From: Girardia tigrina
Lineage: Eukaryota
DNA: 50,927 bases
Reading direction: 5' to 3'
Assembly (NCBI GenBank): GCA_001938485.1
Contig: MQRK01224578.1
Coordinates: forward strand, 52,130 to 103,056
In this document: positions 38,286-49,553 of the stretch, piece by piece
Layout of the letters: each line of letters begins with the position of its first letter
Numbering within the stretch: the first letter of the stretch is position 1
Notes under the pieces: model-generated
Told to the model about the DNA's origin: nothing
Databases searched by the model: none
Seen by the model: the letters and a program-made list of their open reading frames with translations, nothing else
Program-made: the position numbers and the translations under genes

Positions 38286-38942
38286 AATCAAAACTTGAAA
38301 GCCAATTAAAAACGTTTATTAATTTCGACGGTTTAACCGTCATCGTCAGAACAAATGGTTTTTCAAACGAAATTTACTTATATAGTGCAGTTAATGATTA
38401 TGTAACCAATACGTAATCAGTACATCATTTAAAAACTCTCAACAAAGTTGTAGAGAGTGCAGTTTGAACGTTAATTTTAGGATCGAAAGATCTAATATAT
38501 AACGCTTCACAAGTCACTCTCTCCCAATAATTTTTAAATTGAGTGCACAGAATTTTAAAGTGTTGTGAATTTATATCTCCTTTACATTGTCTTCTATGTC
38601 CTGCAATGTTACTTCCACCTTCATTGCGANNNNNNNNNNNNNNNNNNNNNNNNNNNNNNNNNNNNNNNNNNNNNNNNNNNNNNNNNNNNNNNNNNNNNNN
38701 NNNNNNNNNNNNNATGAGATCCGAACACAATCCCAATGGCGTTGGAGATTTATTGCCGAACATGCTTTCAATTTTCTGTGTACGGGATATTACTTTTAAA
38801 CTTATTGCATTATCTAACGCTTTCAAAATAGATTTTTTAAATATTTTAAATGACGGTTAAACCGTCGAAATTAATAAACTTTTTTAATTGGCTTTCAAGT
38901 TTTGATTTTAATAACTTGCCAATTTTATTTCAATTTATTCAC
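38286..38942 (-). mobile_element. 5'-truncated Penelope-like element (GIY-YIG end) with inverted pseudo-LTR
   Basis: ORF ends HFKIL...ERVTCEALYIRSFDPKINVQ. Inverted repeat about 38283-38343 / 38850-38911. 13-bp target duplication AATTTGATTTTAA (38273-38285 / 38943-38955). Confidence 0.88.
38311..38353 (-). ncRNA. Minimal hammerhead ribozyme (Penelope type)
   Basis: GTT-CTGACGA-T-GACGG-TTAAA-CCGTC-GAAA-TTAA-TA-AAC. Confidence 0.75.
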
Positions 38943-39102
38943 AATTTGATTTTAATTATTTAAAAATTTACAAAAATAAAATCATTAAAATTATTTAAAA
39001 TTTGCAATAATAAAAATTAAAAATTTGAATATTAAATCTAAATTTAAATAAATTAGTTTCAGATTATAAGAAATTAAATATTGATAATTCATCTGGTTAG
39101 GA

Positions 39103-39528
39103 GAGGAATATTTGAATGTTTGATGTTTTGTGTTTGAATGTGTATGTTGATTTGGAAATGTGTCTCTCCTACCCAGATGGATGATTAATATTTTAATTCT
39201 TATTATCTAAAAATATGTAATGTTTAAATTTATTTTTAATTTCAAATAATTTTAAAAAAGTTTATTAATTTTTATAATATTTAATAAATAAATCAAATTA
39301 ATATTTTTTAAATAATCAATTATCATTTTAATTATTATCCAATAAGTTTTGAGTGAATATTTTATTAAAATATTTATTTCCCCATTTGCTAAAAAAATAA
39401 TAAGAATTAATTCATTAATCAATTTCGCTTTGAATGCAAATGTACGAAAGTTTTGACAAAGATTGTCGTAAGGACAATCAAAATTGTTGTTTAAATAAAA
39501 ATAAAAAGTTAAATTGGTGTTCTTAATA
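39103..39528 (+). mobile_element. Solo-LTR-like element (B-related) lacking its first 3 nt
   Basis: GAGGAATATTT...GGTGTTCTTAATA. Its 5' half matches 16542-16760. Confidence 0.8.
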
Positions 39529-39529
39529 T

Positions 39530-39845
39530 GCATTGTGGATAAAGTACCTCCAAAAGATTATAATATCACTGAAAGGCTGACGGATGTGCTGAAAAAGTGT
39601 CATCATTTATCGAATTTTCCAACTGATACAATAAGAAAGTCGCCATCAAAAGAGAAATGACTTTTAGTCAATCGACTGATCAGCGTGGGAAAATAAATAT
39701 AAATACTTAATAACTATTCCACGTACAACTATTGATGCATAGCGAGCTTTCTCTGCCAGTGTTCTTTATATGACAAAGCTTCGCTCCGGACTTTGTGATG
39801 ATACTATTAGTAAACTCACTTTATTGAAATTTTATTTTGAACATA
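39530..39845 (+). pseudogene. hAT transposase C-terminal dimerization-domain remnant
   Basis: IDA*RAFSASVLYMTKLRSGLCDDTISKLTLLKFYF matches the hAT ERxFS...RsrL.d.t...L motif. Confidence 0.75.
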
Positions 39846-39872
39846 TGGATGACTGTTCCGTCCGACCCTCGA

Positions 39873-40549
39873 TTAGCCCGAGAATCGGACGGAGGCAACA
39901 GGGTTGCGCAGTGGTTTATTTTGATTTGGCTGGGCCCTTTGAAACATCATAATATTGAGACTGAATCTCCAATTGATCGCTACATCGAGTTTAACGGCAT
40001 TGAAATCGAGGAGCTCATCTTTAGTTAATGCGATTTTTGGACTCCGTTCCAAGTGCTCGGACAACGCCAAGATTGCCTCCAAGTCGTGCTCGCGCGTCGC
40101 ACAGAAATCGCTTTGTTTGAGAGATTTAATCAAAACGGAAATTGTCTCCTCATACGATCGACCGACCATGTGACCAAGTTTGTGATAGATTTCTCCGAGA
40201 GATGCGATTGCAGCCAATCTCGTAGGTAGATAACTCGGACTGTCGTCATTTGACTTGACATAATCATTGCAAATGTTGATGGCAAGATGCAAGGTGTACG
40301 TATCGCCTACGCTGAACAGAGTGCCGATATTCCGGGCGATTAATATTCTCGTGGTAGGTCCGGGAGACTTTTCGAGTTGATTTAACAATATCTTTAGAAT
40401 ATGTTCTTGTTTTTTTATATCAGCTTTGTTGACGACATGTAATTCTTTGTCCAAAATTCTCAACAATTCATAAATAAAACTGGCCGTTTATCGTTTGGTA
40501 ATTTCACCAATGCATTCTCATTTAAAATTAAACTCTGTGCTAATTCCAT
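39873..40549 (-). pseudogene. HEATR5: 5' fragment of HEAT repeat-containing protein 5, with a 1-nt frameshift near codon 25
   Basis: MELAQSLILNENAL...KRPV / LRILDK...SPGPTTRILIARN...LFSVGDT...DDSPSYLPTRLAA...LGHMVGRSYEET...KSLK matches the HEATR5A/B N-terminus. Only about 230 codons of a normally ~2000-aa protein are present. Confidence 0.85.
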
Positions 40550-41094
40550 TTAAATTTGGCTATAAGCGGTAATTTGGATTTGTAATTTTAGATGAGTTGA
40601 ACAAATGAAAATTAAGATATGTTCACGAACTTGAAATTCTCTGAGTCAATTTTCAAAAAAATCGTATCAAATAGATTCAGTATAAAAAAATCATTATCAA
40701 AATCTTCCAGAAAAAGATAACTTTTATTTTTTTTATTTACAAATTTTTGATTTTATTACAGATAAACGAATTCTCAAGGTCATTACAAATTAATCAAAAT
40801 TATGTTCGAAAACCAATTTTTTCTCAAAAAAATCATTTTCTACCACAAAAAATACAAGAAAATATTTTGAAAAATCGATTATAATTTGGGCGATAGAAAA
40901 TTTTCGGATTTCTTTTCGATTATACAATTAATGATAATAATTAAATTTTCAAATATAATAATTTAAATATTTGAATCCCGAACGATGACTGTATTCAATT
41001 GAATTAAGTTGTATTAAATATATAATTTACGGAACAAAGTTTTTCTTTCTATAATTTTCTTATTATAAATTTTATATAAAGAACTTCATTAATC

Positions 41095-41150
41095 AATCCC
41101 GAAAGTCCGGGATCCCAGAATTATAAAAACGACTGGGATTGACTTCCCTA
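41095..41150 (+). mobile_element. Probable hAT right terminus
   Basis: CAATCCCG...CCGGGATCCC...GGGATTGACTTCCCTA: a TAGGG-type TIR with ATCCCG subterminal repeats. Confidence 0.55.
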
Positions 41151-41151
41151 T

Positions 41152-41265
41152 ATGCAAGCTATAAGTATATTCAGGCGGATACATGAAGTATGTCGATATA
41201 AAAACCAGAAGTTATTTGTGATATTCATCGATTTGGAAAAGTCATTTGATAGTGTCCCACGTGTA
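41152..41265 (+). pseudogene. Short non-LTR reverse transcriptase fragment
   Basis: QAISIFRRIHE...FVIFIDLEKSFDSVPR. Confidence 0.7.
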
Positions 41266-41476
41266 TTCTTCAAACAAATCATTAAAATTCTATATTCTGA
41301 AGGATTTAGAGCGTTTAAGAGGAGTATTTGTAGAACAATAAGTAGTGCTAAAATAGTCTCTGTCAAATCCAAAGTTCAAAGTTTCTTCTCAAACAAATCG
41401 AAAACAGTTTGAGATTTTCAAGCTAATCTGGTATATAAATTTAATTGTCACGGGTGTCAAAACTCATACATCGGAG

Positions 41477-43537
41477 GCTTGGAAAACGGCGAAGGTGGTG
41501 ATCCTATACAAAGAAAAGGGGTCCAAGAAGGAACTAAACAATTATAGATGAATATTCCTACTTGATGTAGGAGGAAAGATTATGGCCCGAATCATTGCAA
41601 ATAGATTAATGCCACATCTTGAAAGGATACTGGACGACTGGCAATTTGGTTTCAGACCAAATAGAAGCACGGCGCACGCAATAGGTATCATACGAAAGAT
41701 ACAAGAAGAGGCCAGATACCGAAATATAAATATTTTTGCTATCTTTATCGACCTTGAAAAGGCATTCGACAGCGTACCCAGGAAAGTTCTCTGGAAGTAC
41801 CTTCAAGTAATTGGAATACAGGATCGGATGCTGAGCATTATCATGAAGTTTCATGAAGGTTTCACGGGCAGCATAGGAAAGGATAAGTTCAGAATGGACA
41901 AAGGATTCCGCCAAGGTTGCGTATTAGGACCTCTATTATTCAATCTTGTCTTTGTTCATGCAATTAAGACCGCAATCAAAGAGGGACTATCAGGCGGTGT
42001 GAAACTGAACTACAATGGTAAAGAGCTGACCGTTAACAGGCTTGCTTATGCAGACGACATGTGCTTACTGGACGAGGACTTTGGAAACATCGAAAGAAAT
42101 CTCACGTGTTTCAACACTGCGTTCTCGAATATGGGGCTCAAAATCAACATTGGGAAAACGAAGATCCTGAATCTCAATGGAGCAAAATACATTACGGCAA
42201 GGGACGAGTTGAATGCAGGAAATAAATGGGTGGACGAATTCTGCTACATGGGATCGATAATTGAGTGTAGGGCAAACTCAGGTACGGACATCAAGGCCAG
42301 GATTCAGAAAGGAACAGCGAAACTACGAGCGACCAGACCAGTGTTGAAGAACAACAAGCTATCTCTCCGGAACAAGAAGAACATAATCAACAGCTGTGTA
42401 TTCCCGGTGGTTTACTACATCTGTGAAAACTGGAGAACAAACGAAGCACACGTGGAAAAGCTGAAAGCATTTCACAATCTGTGCACTCGGCGAACTCTGG
42501 GGATATCAAAAACTGAAAGAATCAGGATGGATGAGATATCTATTGGACTGCAAAGCCCAATGGATATCATTGCGCGGAGAAGAATCATCCACAATGTAAA
42601 AATAGATTTAGGAGACTGCCCGGAGAACGTCAAACAGATCAGTGGATGCGAACTCATCGGAGGGAAGAAGATCAGCGGTCGGAGGAAGCAACATCTAGTA
42701 GAATGTCTCAGAGTGGACACTCACTGGCTCTTTGGAGCCGAGTACAGTTTCGGGGAATTTAAGAGAGTCATTTTGCAGGAGAATCTACTGAAGATGGATG
42801 GAAAGATCGAGAAGATATTCCGACTGTGAAGAATTTAAAAGAGTGGGGACGAGAAAACACTGAGTCTGGTGTTACCTCGTTTAAAAGAACACAGCTGCCC
42901 GATAGATGCCTGTAATAGACAGTATGCAAAAGTGAAGGAATTGAACAGGCATCTCAAAAGAGATCACGATGGAGCAGGCCCAATCCCGCGAACACAAAGA
43001 GAGAAGAAAGCCCAGCCGCGTCAGAAGAAAGGAAACTACCAAGGCCAACATTGCCCGAAGGAATACAAACTGCTGGATTCCTAAGGATTCACATTCAGAA
43101 GAATCACAAAGAACCGCCAACATCCAACGCCCAGAGAGAAGAGAACTTGGAAAGATAGAACGAGGAAGAGCCGACATCAAACCAATCCAACTCTCAGTTA
43201 CCGGACGCAACTGTGAGTATGCCGAGGATACAGACAAATAACGATAGCGAAGAAGAACCGCACCTACAATACCGACTGCCAGCCGACTACTCGACAGCAA
43301 GAGGAAAGTTCAAGTGCCCATTTCGAGGCTGTTACGCGTCTACCGTAACAGCCAGAGGTATATATGGCCATGGTACCAAGTTCCATAGCTAGTCGTTCGT
43401 TACTGGCAAGCCGACTGCTCAGAGGCGGAAGGCCACTGACCCTGTAGGAGCCCTATCGGGGGCCCTTAAGGACTTTAGTTTTGGTGGACCCTCTAAAGAG
43501 CCTTAGGCTCAATACCATTGAAAGAGATGGGAAGCCC
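41477..43537 (+). mobile_element. 5'-truncated RTE-like non-LTR retrotransposon (RT ORF 41582-42829, then C2H2 fingers in shifted frames)
   Basis: QFGFRPNRST, FIDLEKAFDSV, GFRQGCVLGPLLF, AYADD and FCYMGS. 9-bp target duplication ACATCGGAG (41468-41476 / 43538-43546). Confidence 0.9.
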
Positions 43538-43938
43538 ACATCGGAGAGACAAATCGTCATCTCAAAACCCGGATTAACGAGCACTCGCAAATGAATCGAT
43601 CGAGTAAGGTTCTTGATCATTGGTTATGTTGTGAGGATAGAACCTCATCCATTTCAAAAGATGAGTTTTCTGTTTTACAAAAGGGTTTTGATTCACATTA
43701 CGAACGACAGTTTTGTGAATCTCTACTAATAAGACACTACAGCCCATCAATTAATATTCAGAATGGGCAAAGTAAGGTTATTTCAATACTTAAAATTTTT
43801 AATTAAAATATTCTTTTTGCCATTATTACCCAATAATAAATAATAATAATTAATTTTTTCGTTACCTTTTAGAGTAAATGTATCTATTAAAATTGTATTA
43901 TTCAAACAATTCAATATTCATATACTAAACATCCAAAA

Positions 43939-43980
43939 ATTGCTGATGATGATGTATGTAAACATCGAAACATGTCCAAT
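43939..43980 (+). ncRNA. Minimal hammerhead ribozyme (Penelope type)
   Basis: ATTG-CTGATGA-T-GATG-TATGTAAA-CATC-GAAA-CATG-TC-CAAT, with a GUC cleavage triplet. Confidence 0.85.
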
Positions 43981-44093
43981 AATTATATAAAAAAGCTTTA
44001 ATCAAATTATGTTTTCGAAATACTAAACTAATGAACAATAATTTGAATTTTTTTGAATAGATATGTGTTAAAGCATTTTTTTTAAAATTCAAC

Positions 44094-44136
44094 GTTGGAC
44101 ATGTTTCGATCACGATTTTTGACTATCTTCAGCAAC
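44094..44136 (-). ncRNA. Minimal hammerhead ribozyme (Penelope type)
   Basis: GTTG-CTGAAGA-T-AGTCA-AAAATCG-TGATC-GAAA-CATG-TC-CAAC. The base of stem II is imperfect. Confidence 0.7.
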
Positions 44137-44696
44137 TTTATTTGTGTTGTATTGATTTTAATAATTTATATCATTTTAAAAGTATATATAGTAATAAATA
44201 AATATAATTAATAAAAATAAATTAAAAAATAATTATTAAATCAAAAGGAATAAATAAATAATGATTAATAATAAATTTTAATAAATTAAATAATTAATAT
44301 GTCTAAAATGTTAGTTTGTTTGTTGGCTTGTCGATCACGCTATGATCAAAATGTGACATTGTGGAGTTACCGGAGCGACTACATATAATGACGTGGTCAA
44401 TCTGGATAGCCCGTCTCGAGACGTTCCGTGGTGTAGTGCCTTCATCGAAAGACATCGGGAAGTCGATGCAATCAAGCGACTGTTAAATCAACACCGAATT
44501 TGAAACAATAAAAATAAATTATAATTTATTATTTATTGTTTCAAATTCAGTGTTGATTTAACAATCGGTCGATTATTATTATTTATAATAAATACTATTT
44601 AAAATTTAAAATAGAAACTTTTAAAGACGAAAATTCAGCTCACCCGTCCTATATGATGGATCTATTTTAGTAACCTATATATTTTGTTTGTTATTA

Positions 44697-46167
44697 CAGG
44701 GTTTGTCAGCACATTTCAGAAAATTGTAATTCAACGTCAGAATTTGTAAATCCGTTTAAGAATTTTGACAATCAATTTAAGAATTTTTTAAGTCAATTTA
44801 GGAATTTGTTTAAATATACATTTAGTTTACAATTATAATTATTTAAATTTGTAAAGTAGAGTAAACTGNNNNNNNNNNNNNNNNNNNNNNNNNNNNNNNN
44901 NNNNNNNNNNNNNNNNNNNNNNNNNNNNNNNNNNNNNNNNNNNNNNNNNNNNNNNNNNNNNNNNNNNNNNNNNNNNNNNNNNNNNNNNNNNNNNNNNNNN
45001 NNNNNNNNNNNNNNNNNNNNNNNNNNNNNNNNNNNNNNNNNNNNNNNNNNNNNNNNNNNNNNNNNNNNNNNNNNNNNNNNNNNNNNNNNNNNNNNNNNNN
45101 NNNNNNNNNNNNNNNNNNNNNNNNNNNNNNNNNNNNNNNNNNNNNNNNNNNNNNNNNNNNNNNNNNNNNNNNNNNNNNNNNNNNNNNNNNNNNNNNNNNN
45201 NNNNNNNNNNNNNNNNNNNNNNNNNNNNNNNNNNNNNNNNNNNNNNNNNNNNNNNNNNNNNNNNNNNNNNNNNNNNNNNNNNNNNNNNNNNNNNNNNNNN
45301 NNNNNNNNNNNNNNNNNNNNNNNNNNNNNNNNNNNNNNNNNNNNNNNNNNNNNNNNNNNNNNNNNNNNNNNNNNNNNNNNNNNNNNNNNNNNNNNNNNNN
45401 NNNNNNNNNNNNNNNNNNNNNNNNNNNNNNNNNNNNNNNNNNNNNNNNNNNNNNNNNNNNNNNNNNNNNNNNNNNNNNNNNNNNNNNNNNNNNNNNNNNN
45501 NNNNNNNNNNNNNNNNAATAAGGGTGGAATAGTAAAATATGTGACCCAAACATCGGCGTTCAACACAGCAACCTTTGCTAATTTCATCGATGAAATTTTA
45601 CAGTATATCAAAGATGAACATATCTGTCGTTCTGTCGTCATTAGGGATAATGTCCGATTTCACAAGCACCAATCCATAAAAGACAAATTTTTAGCAATGC
45701 ATGTGGATGCAAATATATGCGAATTGATTTTTTTGCCACCGTATTCGCCATTCCTCAATCCGATTGAAAATATGTTTTCGAAATGGAAAGGAATGATACG
45801 TGAATCACGACCAAAGTCTGAAGCAGAATTATTTGCCTATATAGATAAGTTTAGTGAATATATAACGGCTGAAGATTGTTCTGGATATTTTAGGAATGTC
45901 TTTTCATTCCTTCCAAAGTGTTTGAGTAGAACACTAATATATGATGGGAATTGAATAAATTTTAGCTATTCATTTTAGTTTTTGTTTCTGTGATTTAGGT
46001 ATTTGTAAACTTGTATATTTCGCAATATTTACACAAAGTCATAAATGAATTGACGAATTTCTTAAATGGAAATACAAAATTCTTAAACTGATGTACAAAC
46101 TTCTTAAATTGATTTACAAAAATCTTAAATGTGATGATGTCATTCTGAAATGTGCTGACAAACCCTG
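44697..46167 (+). mobile_element. Tc1/IS630-like DDE transposon (5' ORF hidden in a gap; C-terminal ORF 45541-45954)
   Basis: Perfect TIR CAGGGTTTGTCAGCACATTTCAGAA with TA flanks. Motifs RDNVRFHK and FLPPYSPFLNPIENMFSKWK. Confidence 0.92.
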
Positions 46168-46676
46168 TAATAAAAATGTTTTGGAATTGTCCATTAAATA
46201 CTGTAATAGGATCACAACTTATTGGGCGCTCTACGTTATTTTATAAATATAAAAACCATTTGGATATTATAGTAGATTTAAAAAATTCTTTAACAATGTT
46301 TATCATTGACCTTAAATAATTAAATTTGAATTTTTAAAAAAAATAGCAATCCTTTCAAATATCAAATTTCATATTAATTAATTATAAATAATTGATGGGT
46401 AAATTTCATTGATTGTTCGTGATGAAGGAGGAAATATTTCCCCGAAGATATGATTATAGTAATGTTTTTGGATGAATATTTCAATATTTATGTTCCCAGC
46501 TTTTACCGAGGGATGAAATAATTATTACCGAAAAAATAATCTTTTCTTCTTTTCAATATTTTTAATATTTGGATCTTTTATTTCTAAGAAATTAAATATT
46601 TAATGATTTAATTTTCTGAGATCAACAATTTTGTTAGAATTGAAAGTTTTAAAACAAATAACAAAAAATATTTTCT

Positions 46677-49553
46677 TATGTAACCTTATAGTCAGTAGTA
46701 TGTGTTATGATAAGAGAATCATATATTTATATTTATATCCATATCTATATTTATACACATAAAGGATCTTAAATCTTATTACAAATGCTCCTGAAATATC
46801 AATAGAAATATTAGAAGTAGAAATAGATGTTGGATGCTTTGAAAGGTACAAAGTGGTTCAGTTCGGTTGATTTAAGGAACGCTTACTATCAGGTAGGGCT
46901 GGAGGAGAATTCGAAACTGAAAACTGCATTTTCATACAAGACGGGTCAGTTTTGTCTTACGCTAATGCCTTTTGGGATAGCGGCCGCTCCAGCAACATTT
47001 CAAAAGTTGATGACTGACGTTTTGATAGATATGTTGTGGACAGAGGCATTAGTGTACTTAGACGACATCCTTATTATTTCTGAAACAGAAACCCAACATC
47101 TGAGAGACTGGATGAAGTTTTCTCAAGGATTCAAGCAGTAGGGCTTCGAATAAACCCTGAAAAATGTAAATTATTTCAAATAGAACTGAGGTTTTTGGGA
47201 CACATTGTGAACAAAGATGGTGTTAAAACAAACCTAGAAAATATCAGAGCAACTCAGAATTTTGAGAGACCTAAATGCGTAAAGAAATTATGGAGTTTCT
47301 TGGGACTATGCAACTACTACAGAAAGTTCATTCAACAGTATTCGAAATTATCCAAACAGTTGGAGGAGATGTGTGGTAGCGGGAAAGATATTGGTCTGTA
47401 GCACGACGGAGGCGTTTGAAAAATTGAAGAAATCACTAATTTCGACCCCAGTGTTATTTATCCCAATTTCAAAAGACAATTTACATTAGATACGGATGCA
47501 TCATTTGATACTATTAGGGCTGTCCGGTCACAAAGAAATGATAGAGGTGAAGAGCAGGTGGTTGCATATGGGTCAAAGTCGAAGTAAAACACGAAATGGG
47601 GTACTGTATCACTGGGAAAGAATTATTGGCGATTTTTCATTTTACACAACATTTCCAACATTACCTATATGGTGCAAGTTTTAAGTTGAGGACCGATCAC
47701 AAAGCGATAGAATTCATGATGACCATGAAGAAACCCATAACACCATAATTCCAGAACAGGATGAACTATTTAAGTAGTCTCGATATGGTGTTAGAATACA
47801 GGAAAGGAATATTGTATCAAAACGCGGATGCACTCTCAAGAAAAGATTGTCAATTATGTGCACAATGCCTCCTTCAGCATGAACAAGAAAAAATGACCAA
47901 GCCAAGGATGAGAATGTTAGCGTTGGATACATATATTTCACCAATCCCGTGGCAACAGGACAAAGAGGAAATTACGAATATATTTTAATCAATAAACGAC
48001 GAAAAGACGATGGAATTTAAATTAGATATTTAATTTAATTAAATAATCACTTCGTCTAACAAAATATGGATTCCAAAGCAGTCTCGGAAGGATTGTGTTC
48101 TTTTCTTTCATAAAGTATTATGTCACGCTGGAGTAAATAAAACATATTCGTTCATGAAGGAGGAATATGATATGGACGGTTTTGCTAAGGAGGTGGAATC
48201 AGTAGTACGAGGCTACCAGACATGTCAAATATCGAAAACATATACTGGGAAAACGAAAGAAAAAACATGCGAATTGATGTCACTTCGTCCGTTAGATGAC
48301 ATTTATATGGATTTCTGTGGACCACTTCCGGCGGTTAATGGAAAGAAGTATATCTTGGGAATCATTGACAAATTCAGTAGATATATTAGTTTGACGGCCG
48401 TTAATAATCAAGACGAAGGAACGGTGATAAAAACATTTCAACACAAGTGGATATATAAATTCGGAGCTCCAGAAAATATCCAAGTTGACAGAGGAAAAGT
48501 TTTTGAGTGCCAGAGTTTTGGAGAATACGCGAAATCAATGCTATTTACAATCCATTTTTCAAGTGAAAATATCATCATAGCGCGAACGGGATAATCGAAC
48601 GACAGTTTCGGACCATCCGGGATGCTCTTAATGCTACATTGAAGGAAAGAGGAGGTTCAAACTGGTTTGACATCCTCCCAGAAGTGGAGTTCAGTTTGAA
48701 CGCTTCCAGTCAAAGTACTATTGGAGTTAGCCCAGCAAAAGTGACATTGGTAAGGTGTATCACATTAAATGTTTCTCGCCACTATGTGCTGGATAATAAA
48801 AAGTTATAGAAGATATTAAACAAAAGAACATTCTTAAAACAAGCCAAGGAGTTATAACGAGAAGATAGACTAAAAGGATCAGACAGATATGAAGGACAAT
48901 ATAAAATCATCCGGAAAATACATGATCGGTGCGAAGAATTGAAAAATAAGATAGGGCGTATAATAACGAGGAATATCAAATGACTAAAGCTATTAAAAGA
49001 AGGGGATGTTAGGATAAGAGAATCATATATTTATATCCATATCTATATTTATACACATAAAGGATCGTAAATATTATTACAAATGCTCCTGAAATATCAA
49101 TAGAAATATTAAAACGTTTTAATATTCAATTGTTTTGGTGTCAAATTTAAATAAATTAATAAATTCTTGTTATGTCTGATTCGACTTACAGTATGCATTC
49201 CTATAGTCGTTGTATGCATTTCTATAATCAGTTGTATGTCACTCTATAGTCATTTTAATGAAAAAGTTGAAAGTTAATATATGGAATCTAATCTAAATTT
49301 AAATCTAAATTTAAAAATGTATTTAATTTTAAAATTTAAATTTCAAAGTTAAAATAATTAAATTTAAATTTCAAAATTCAATTAATTTTTTTAAATCTAA
49401 ATTTAAAATTTAAATCTAAATATTTATTTAACATGAAATAATTATAATTTATAAATACATTGGTTATAATATTTTTTTTATTTTTTTTAAATTTTTTACT
49501 CTACTCAAAATTATGACTATAAGGTTGCACACAACTGACTATAGGAATGCATA
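46677..49553. mobile_element. Non-autonomous foldback/MITE-like element with ~22-bp subterminal repeats, hosting the Gypsy insertion
   Basis: TATGCATTCCTATAGTCAGTTG-like repeats at 46677-46702 plus 49191-49252, with inverted copies at 49513-49553. Confidence 0.55.
46703..49190 (+). mobile_element. Internally deleted, decayed Ty3/Gypsy retrotransposon
   Basis: 5' LTR 46703-46813 (truncated) and 3' LTR 49007-49190 (TG...CA). PPT AAAAGAAGGGGA; TSD GTATG. Frameshifted RT (VDLRNAYYQV, MPFG, YLDD), RNase H (TDAS, TDH) and integrase (MDFCGP, IDKFSR, QVDRG). Confidence 0.93.

Larger units (their letters stand above)
38094..39106 (-). mobile_element. Solo-LTR-like element, subfamily A, interrupted by Penelope and truncated at both ends
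   Basis: Colinear with about 487-825, apart from the 38286-38942 insertion. Confidence 0.8.
41270..43990 (+). mobile_element. Penelope-like element 3' part (GIY-YIG) split by an RTE-like insertion
   Basis: NLVYKFNCHGCQNSYIG | ETNRHLKTRINEH...CESLLIRHYSPSINIQ, followed by a hammerhead. Confidence 0.88.

Noticed and set aside
41606-43300. Antisense ORFs over the RT and over EIF1AD (35101-35322)
   Set aside because: They are shadow frames of real coding sequence.
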